Positions 58,590 to 64,000 of a stretch of 64,000 nucleotides of DNA are shown in pieces; position 1 is the stretch's first letter, and each line of letters begins with the position of its first letter. The translations under genes were made by a program, and so were the position numbers. Location of the stretch: NCBI GenBank assembly GCA_017463365.1, contig JAFTPH010000052.1, positions 3,276-67,275 of the forward strand. Direction: 5' to 3'. This DNA comes from Bacilli bacterium. Its GTDB lineage: Bacteria; Bacillota_I; Bacilli_A; ML615J-28; CAG-313. The notes below the pieces were generated by a model. The model ran no database searches and was not told the DNA's origin. It saw only the letters and a list, made by a program, of their open reading frames with translations.

Positions 58590-61371
58590 ATCCAAAAATG
58601 TATTCGTATAATGATTCTTTTTGTTCTTCTTCATCATCCATTGCGAAAATAGATTGAATGAATGAAGAAAATGATTTAGCAACTTGATCTAAATTTAAAG
58701 CATCACTAACTGAACCAGCCATATCTGATGTAGAACCAAAAATATTACCGATACTATCAAAGATATTTCCAATTGCAGTCATACCTCTTTCTATTAAGTC
58801 AGCGAAAGTAACTTTTCTAATTGCTTCTGTTTCAAAATGATCACAGTTAGCACAATCTTTTTGTTTTAATCCTTCTACTTGTGTAGAAGCTTCTTTTACT
58901 ACATACCATTCACCCATAGCATGTCCTGTTGCTGCAATAGGTTGTGTTTCAAAATGATCACAATTAGCACAATCTTTTTGTTCTAATCCTTCTGCTTCAC
59001 ATTTTGCAGGTTCAACTACATACCATTCACCCATAACATGTCCTGTTGCTGCGATAGGTTGTGTTTCAAAATGATCACAATTAGCACAATCTCTTCTTTC
59101 TAATCCTTCTGCTTCACATTTTGCAGCATCAACTACAGTCCATTCATCATAAGTGTGACCTGTTGCAGGAATTTCTTTATATGTTGTATAATCACATTTT
59201 GAACATGTAACATACGCTTCCCAACCAATATTTTCACAATCTTCTACCTTTCCAGCATGTTCTTCTAGTTTATGAATACAGTATCCCCATACTACAGGGC
59301 ATATACCATTCCAGTTATCTGCCCATGTATCAGGTTTAGCTTCAGCTTCACAGTAGATTGTTAGGTTAGGACACACACTAAATACTGACTGATCTAATCT
59401 TGCATCACTAACGCTTAATGGAATATAAACACTCTTTAAATTAGCACAAACTGAGAATGCATTTAAATAAAGTGAAGTTAAACTTTCAGGTAATGTAATT
59501 GTTTCTAAACTTGTACATCTAGAAAAAGCAGATTGTTCAATATAACTTAGAACACTTCCTTCTTCAAAATTAACATTTTTTAAACTTGTACAATTACTAA
59601 ATGCAGAAATAGAAATACCTTTAACTGATTTAGGAATAGTAATTTCTTTTAAATTTATACATCCTTTAAAAGCAGATCCATATATATATTCAATGCCTTC
59701 GGCCAATATAACTTCTTCTAAATTAACACATCCTTCGAACATATAATTGTAAACATACTTAGTTTTTGTATTTTCTTCATATGTTACTTTCGTTAATCCT
59801 TCATAACCATAGAATTTATAATAACCGCTATACCAACTAATACCACTTGGAATAACTACTTCTGTTAAGTAATAATATTCATTATTTTCATCTAATAAAT
59901 AGAATTTTTTAGCTACTGAAATAGGATTACGAGTTTTCTCATTAGTATTTGTTGTTAAAAATCTAGCTAATGTTTTTGCATAATACACATCTTTTATTTC
60001 TGGACATCCATTAAACGCATATTGATTAAAATTACTCAATGTACTTGGTAAAGATAAAGTTTCTAAATTTTCACATCCACTAAATGCAAAAGCACCTAAA
60101 CTTTTAACACCTTCAGATAATGTAATTGATTTAAGATTTTTGCAACTATTAAATGCATTATTGTTAATACTTGTAACACCTTCGGGAGTAACAAAGCTTT
60201 CAGCTTTCTTACCAGCAGGATATGCTAATAATGTTTTACCATCAACAGAATATAATACACCATCAACACTCTTATATGTTTCATTTTTAACATCTACATT
60301 AATTGCTTCTAAACTTGTACATCCTAAAAATTCATTAGCATCAATACTTGTAATTCCACTAGCAATAGTTACACTTGTGATATCAGTGTTTCCAGCAAAT
60401 GTACCAGGTAAAATTTCTGTTACAACTAATCCTTTATATTCCTTTTGAATAATAACATCTTTATCTGTACATGTTCCCATACCAGACAATACAGCTTTTT
60501 TAGGAATATTATAATACTCATCTACAATTGCCCAGTTTACTCCATTTCTAATTCTTTGTGCCAAAAATTCACGAACATATATTTTCCACATAAAAGGACT
60601 ACTAGGCATTTTATTAACCATATCAAAATAATAATTCATTTTCAATGATATGTATTCAAATAACCAACTCCATTTAGCCCACATTGCTTCATCATTTACA
60701 AATGAATCACTATTAGCATTATACATATGGTTGCCAAATTTTGAAGTAAAAGTATTTAAATTAAAATCACCTTCTGTTCCACAATGAGTATTTAAGTCTT
60801 TCATAAAGTCAGCCACTAATGCTTCATGACTTTCATAGTTGTTAGTTGAAACAATTACTTTACCATCTACTGAGATAATACCCTCAACAATTTCATATTT
60901 TAAACCAGCACTTACTTTTTCTCCACAGTTTAAGCATGCACTACCTTCATAGTTATGTCTTAATTCAGGGATTTCTACATATGTTGTATAACAACATTTT
61001 TCACATGTTTGGTAAGCTTGCCAACCAATTTCTTCACATTTTGCTTCTTTTCCAGCATGGTCTACTAGTTTATGATCTCCACAATCTAAAACTAACCATT
61101 TAGCAACATAAGTCCCTGTTGCGTTAACAGCAACAACTTTTTGTTCAGCTAAGTACCATCCTTGGAATACGTAACCATCTCTAGTTGGTACAGGTAAAAT
61201 ATAACCCGTTTCAACAGTAGTTTCAGGTTCACTTGCGAATTCACCACCATTTAAAATGTAAGTAACTTCGTATTTTTGTACTTCACTACTTTCTTCTGCT
61301 TTAATATTGATATTAAATAAACATACTAATACCACTATTAATAAAGAAGTAATTTTTAAAATCTTTCTCAT
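58588..61371 (-). CDS. secreted BspA-type leucine-rich-repeat surface protein with Listeria-Bacteroides repeat, Cys/His/Trp repeats and an acidic C-terminal tail
   Basis: 927 aa with a signal peptide MRKILKITSLLIVVLVCLFNINIKA. Flg_new-like GYVFQGWY. Multiple LRR_5-type repeats (…AFxxCxxLxxIxIP…). A C-terminal triplicated GHxxxEW…C…CANCDHFET…ATGH unit, then an I/F-rich segment, then DDEEEQKESLYEYIFG. Confidence 0.8.
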   Translation of the reverse strand: MRKILKITSLLIVVLVCLFNINIKAEESSEVQKYEVTYILNGGEFASEPETTVETGYILPVPTRDGYVFQGWYLAEQKVVAVNATGTYVAKWLVLDCGDHKLVDHAGKEAKCEEIGWQAYQTCEKCCYTTYVEIPELRHNYEGSACLNCGEKVSAGLKYEIVEGIISVDGKVIVSTNNYESHEALVADFMKDLNTHCGTEGDFNLNTFTSKFGNHMYNANSDSFVNDEAMWAKWSWLFEYISLKMNYYFDMVNKMPSSPFMWKIYVREFLAQRIRNGVNWAIVDEYYNIPKKAVLSGMGTCTDKDVIIQKEYKGLVVTEILPGTFAGNTDITSVTIASGITSIDANEFLGCTSLEAINVDVKNETYKSVDGVLYSVDGKTLLAYPAGKKAESFVTPEGVTSINNNAFNSCKNLKSITLSEGVKSLGAFAFSGCENLETLSLPSTLSNFNQYAFNGCPEIKDVYYAKTLARFLTTNTNEKTRNPISVAKKFYLLDENNEYYYLTEVVIPSGISWYSGYYKFYGYEGLTKVTYEENTKTKYVYNYMFEGCVNLEEVILAEGIEYIYGSAFKGCINLKEITIPKSVKGISISAFSNCTSLKNVNFEEGSVLSYIEQSAFSRCTSLETITLPESLTSLYLNAFSVCANLKSVYIPLSVSDARLDQSVFSVCPNLTIYCEAEAKPDTWADNWNGICPVVWGYCIHKLEEHAGKVEDCENIGWEAYVTCSKCDYTTYKEIPATGHTYDEWTVVDAAKCEAEGLERRDCANCDHFETQPIAATGHVMGEWYVVEPAKCEAEGLEQKDCANCDHFETQPIAATGHAMGEWYVVKEASTQVEGLKQKDCANCDHFETEAIRKVTFADLIERGMTAIGNIFDSIGNIFGSTSDMAGSVSDALNLDQVAKSFSSFIQSIFAMDDEEEQKESLYEYIFG

Positions 61372-61596
61372 AGTTTAATCTCCTTTCATTATACAAAAGT
61401 GTACTTTTGTAATATAGTTAAATTGTATCATAAATAATGTTTATTTTCAATATATTTGTCAATAAATATTTGCTTTTTTAACTATTTAAATCAATTTATA
61501 AAAGTACACTTTTATAGAATAATTAATATTTATATTCATTTTGCGTTCTAAATAAAAATATGGTATAATATGACTATATTTGATGAGGTGATAAAC

Positions 61597-61815
61597 ATGA
61601 AAAAAGCAAAAAAGGGTGAATCTATTATTTTATTATGTACATCAATTTTTGCCATTGTACTTAGTTCACTGGTGTTATTTGGCGATTTAGAAATAGATGA
61701 AAAAATCATTAAAAATGGAGATTTATTTGGTTGGATACTATTCGGAATAGGTGTTTTTTCTGCGATATATGCAAGTGCATGTTTATATTTTATAGCCAAA
61801 AGAAAGAATCAATAA
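61597..61815 (+). CDS. small hypothetical membrane protein
   Basis: About 72 aa from the ATG at 61597, which has a GAGGTG RBS. Two TM helices. Followed by a strong terminator. Confidence 0.4.
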   Translation: MKKAKKGESIILLCTSIFAIVLSSLVLFGDLEIDEKIIKNGDLFGWILFGIGVFSAIYASACLYFIAKRKNQ

Positions 61816-61817
61816 TT

Positions 61818-61857
61818 AAAAGCCTTTAATAGAGATATTCTATTAAAGGCTTTTTTT
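61818..61857. terminator. bidirectional terminator AAAGCCTTTAATAG…CTATTAAAGGCTTTTTTT
   Basis: 14-bp stem plus T-run, between convergent genes. Confidence 0.65.
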
Positions 61858-62056
61858 AGTCTTTTTTATGACAACAACATTCACTTGTTTTGCTGCTTTT
61901 ACTACAACAGCTATGAACATTACTGTTTTTTGAACTACACGTTTTAGCATATGGACAACCAATACATTTTTGTCCTCTTCTTTTGGCTTTAATTAAATAG
62001 AATGATGCTGCTCCAATTATTAATACAATAATTATAATAGGAATTAAATCATCCAT
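61856..62056 (-). CDS. FeoB-associated Cys-rich membrane protein
   Basis: 66 aa with an N-terminal TM followed by CIGCPYAKTC…CC…CCC. Immediately downstream of feoB. Confidence 0.55.
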   Translation of the reverse strand: MDDLIPIIIIVLIIGAASFYLIKAKRRGQKCIGCPYAKTCSSKNSNVHSCCSKSSKTSECCCHKKD

Positions 62057-62057
62057 A

Positions 62058-64000
62058 TTATTTACCTAATGCATATTCTTTTGAAATTTGTTGTTTTTTA
62101 CGAATAATTAAAATTGTAATAATAATTACGAAAACAGCAATTAGTACCCATCCAAGAATTGGCATCCAAATAGCACCAAGTGAACCACCTGTAATTAAAG
62201 TACCAAAGAAGAATACTAAGAATGCACTTGTAAATCCAACTGCAAATTGTAATCCAATACCAGCGAATAACCATTTTTTACTCTTTAATTCGGCATTCAT
62301 TGCTCCGATAGCTGCAAAACATGGTGGAGTAAATAAGTTAAATACTAGATATGCTAAAGCTCCAACAGATGTAATTCCAAAAGCATCAACAACTTGAGAT
62401 GCTGATCCTTCAATCATTACAAGTTCATCTAAATCAAATAAATTAGAGATTGCAAAACATACAGCTAGTGTTCCAACAACATTTTCTTTAGCGATAAATC
62501 CTGTTACTGCTGCTGCTGCAAGTTGCCAAGCAACTACACCAATGACAGGTGCAATAACATATGCAAATGGAGATGCGATTGAAGCAAGAATTGAAGTGTG
62601 TTCCATGCCTTCTGCTACAACCTCAAAGTTCCAATTAAAGTTTTGCATTACATGAACTACAAAGTTACATACTAAAATAATAGTTCCTGCTTTAACAATA
62701 TATGCCCATCCACGATTTAACATTGACCCAGCTGCTCTTAAAATACTTGGAAGTTTGTATTCAGGAAGTTCAATAATAAAGAATGATTTTCTAGCTTTAT
62801 GACCTGTTACTGCATTAATTAATAATGCACATAAGAAAATGATAACCAATCCAGCAAAATACATTGCAGGTCCAACCCATGGAGAGTCTTTAAAGAATGC
62901 TCCTGCAAATAACGCAATAACTGGAAGTTTGGCACCACATGGCATAAATGGTGCAAGTAAGGCTGTTGCACGGCGTTCTCTTTCGTTACGAATTGTACGA
63001 CAAGCCATTACCCCTGGAATTGCACATCCTGTTCCAATAACAAATGGAATAACTGATTTACCAGATAAACCAACCTTTTTGAAAATTGGATCTAATACTA
63101 CACTTACACGGGCCATATATCCACAATCTTCTAATAAAGCAATTAAGAAATACATTACCATTACAAGTGGTAAGAATCCGATAATAGCAATAAATCCACC
63201 AATAATACCATCAACTAAGATTGATGTCCAAATAGAATCACTATTTAAAAGTCCTGCAATCCATTCTTGTCCGGCTTCTAACCAACCAACAAGTAAATCG
63301 GCAATCCAAACTCCTGGACCAACTTGTGAAATCCAGAATACCGCAAACATTATTACCGCAAAAATTGGAATTCCTAACCATTTGTTAGTTAATACCGCAT
63401 CAATTTTATCTTGATAGTTTTTATCTTTTGTTAAAACTTTACGAGTTTCAACTTTTGATACAACATCATTAACGAATTCAAAACGTTTTTTATCAGCTTC
63501 AGTTACTTCTTCTTTATTTGTTAAATCAATATCACCTTGAACGTATGGTGCTTTTTGATAAGTTCCAATAAGTGTCGTTGCCTTTTCAATTAATTCTTTT
63601 AATCCTTTTCCAGATGTTGAAATTGTTTCTACTACTGGACATCCAAGTAATTCTGATAATTTTGAAACTTCAATTTCTGTTTCTTTTTTATCATTAATAT
63701 CCGCTTTATTTAAAGCCACAACAACTGGAATACCAAGTTCTAAAAGTTGTGTTGTAAAGAATAAACTTCTACTTAAGTTAGTCGCATCAACAATATTAAT
63801 AATCGCATCTGGTTTACTTTCTTTAACATATGCACTAGTAATACTTTCTTCTGATGTAAATGGCGACATTGAATATGCCCCTGGTAAGTCAACAATTAAT
63901 AGTTCATTTTCACTATAATATGTTTTCTTAATTAAATGTTCTTTTTTATCTACTGTAACCCCTGCCCAGTTTCCTACTTTTTCATTACTACCTGTTAAGG
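62058..64000 (-). CDS. feoB: ferrous iron transporter B (5' end beyond the window)
   Basis: G-domain motifs (NKADI), a gate region and polytopic permease domains. The ORF continues past position 64000. Confidence 0.85.
   Translation of the reverse strand, partial: LTGSNEKVGNWAGVTVDKKEHLIKKTYYSENELLIVDLPGAYSMSPFTSEESITSAYVKESKPDAIINIVDATNLSRSLFFTTQLLELGIPVVVALNKADINDKKETEIEVSKLSELLGCPVVETISTSGKGLKELIEKATTLIGTYQKAPYVQGDIDLTNKEEVTEADKKRFEFVNDVVSKVETRKVLTKDKNYQDKIDAVLTNKWLGIPIFAVIMFAVFWISQVGPGVWIADLLVGWLEAGQEWIAGLLNSDSIWTSILVDGIIGGFIAIIGFLPLVMVMYFLIALLEDCGYMARVSVVLDPIFKKVGLSGKSVIPFVIGTGCAIPGVMACRTIRNERERRATALLAPFMPCGAKLPVIALFAGAFFKDSPWVGPAMYFAGLVIIFLCALLINAVTGHKARKSFFIIELPEYKLPSILRAAGSMLNRGWAYIVKAGTIILVCNFVVHVMQNFNWNFEVVAEGMEHTSILASIASPFAYVIAPVIGVVAWQLAAAAVTGFIAKENVVGTLAVCFAISNLFDLDELVMIEGSASQVVDAFGITSVGALAYLVFNLFTPPCFAAIGAMNAELKSKKWLFAGIGLQFAVGFTSAFLVFFFGTLITGGSLGAIWMPILGWVLIAVFVIIITILIIRKKQQISKEYALGK

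Noticed and set aside
1-64000. CRISPR arrays, transposases/IS elements, integrases, phage structural genes, restriction-modification or known defense-system genes
   Set aside because: Scanned for regular repeat-spacer periodicity and for the corresponding protein signatures. None found. The only tandem repeats are short (12, 21 and 23 bp units, 2-4 copies) and are reported separately.

Overview
This is a 64 kb chromosomal segment of a low-GC (~29%), AT-rich Firmicute. Rubrerythrin/PerR, FeoB and LuxS suggest an anaerobic or microaerophilic lifestyle, in a Clostridia/Erysipelotrichia-like lineage. Most genes are on the minus strand and are housekeeping: perR-rbr, uvrA, lgt, trxB, whiA, coaX, uppP, glcK, potABCD, luxS, a ZIP transporter, an MntR-like regulator and feoB (truncated at the window end). 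There are eight tRNAs in three clusters: Gly/Pro/Arg/Asp and His/Trp on the minus strand, and Ser/Glu on the plus strand. All three clusters have near-consensus sigma-A promoters.

The dominant feature is a 14.3 kb gene (6009-20315, minus) encoding a 4768-aa secreted protein with about 35-40 tandem ~100-aa beta-sandwich-like repeats. It is preceded by an overlapping 23-codon leader ORF and flanked on both sides by paralogous COG2865 (Schlafen/AlbA_2 + HATPase-like) putative regulators. One paralog is split and carries a 12-bp in-frame tandem repeat.

The giant protein, a 927-aa BspA-type LRR surface protein (58588-61371) and a 365-aa Cys-rich lipoprotein (45787-46884) share a lineage-specific ~39-aa Cys/His/Trp repeat. 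The giant protein and the LRR protein also share a distinctive C-terminal module: Cys repeats, then a Phe/Ile-rich amphipathic segment, then an acidic tail ending LYxLYFG/LYEYIFG. Neither has an LPXTG motif. I propose this module as a candidate undescribed C-terminal anchoring or sorting signal.

Other notable items are listed below. No CRISPR array, transposase or phage genes were seen.
- A compositionally foreign (~39% GC) 92-aa ORF with a consensus promoter and a coupled 21-aa ORF.
- Four TYCGTACCC repeats spaced exactly 21 bp apart.
- Three 23-bp tandem repeats upstream of a DUF4143 AAA+ ATPase.
- A family of GGTCT-(A/T)n-AGACC palindromic hairpins.
- PerR-box palindromes.
- An XRE regulator with a perfect 20-bp palindromic operator.
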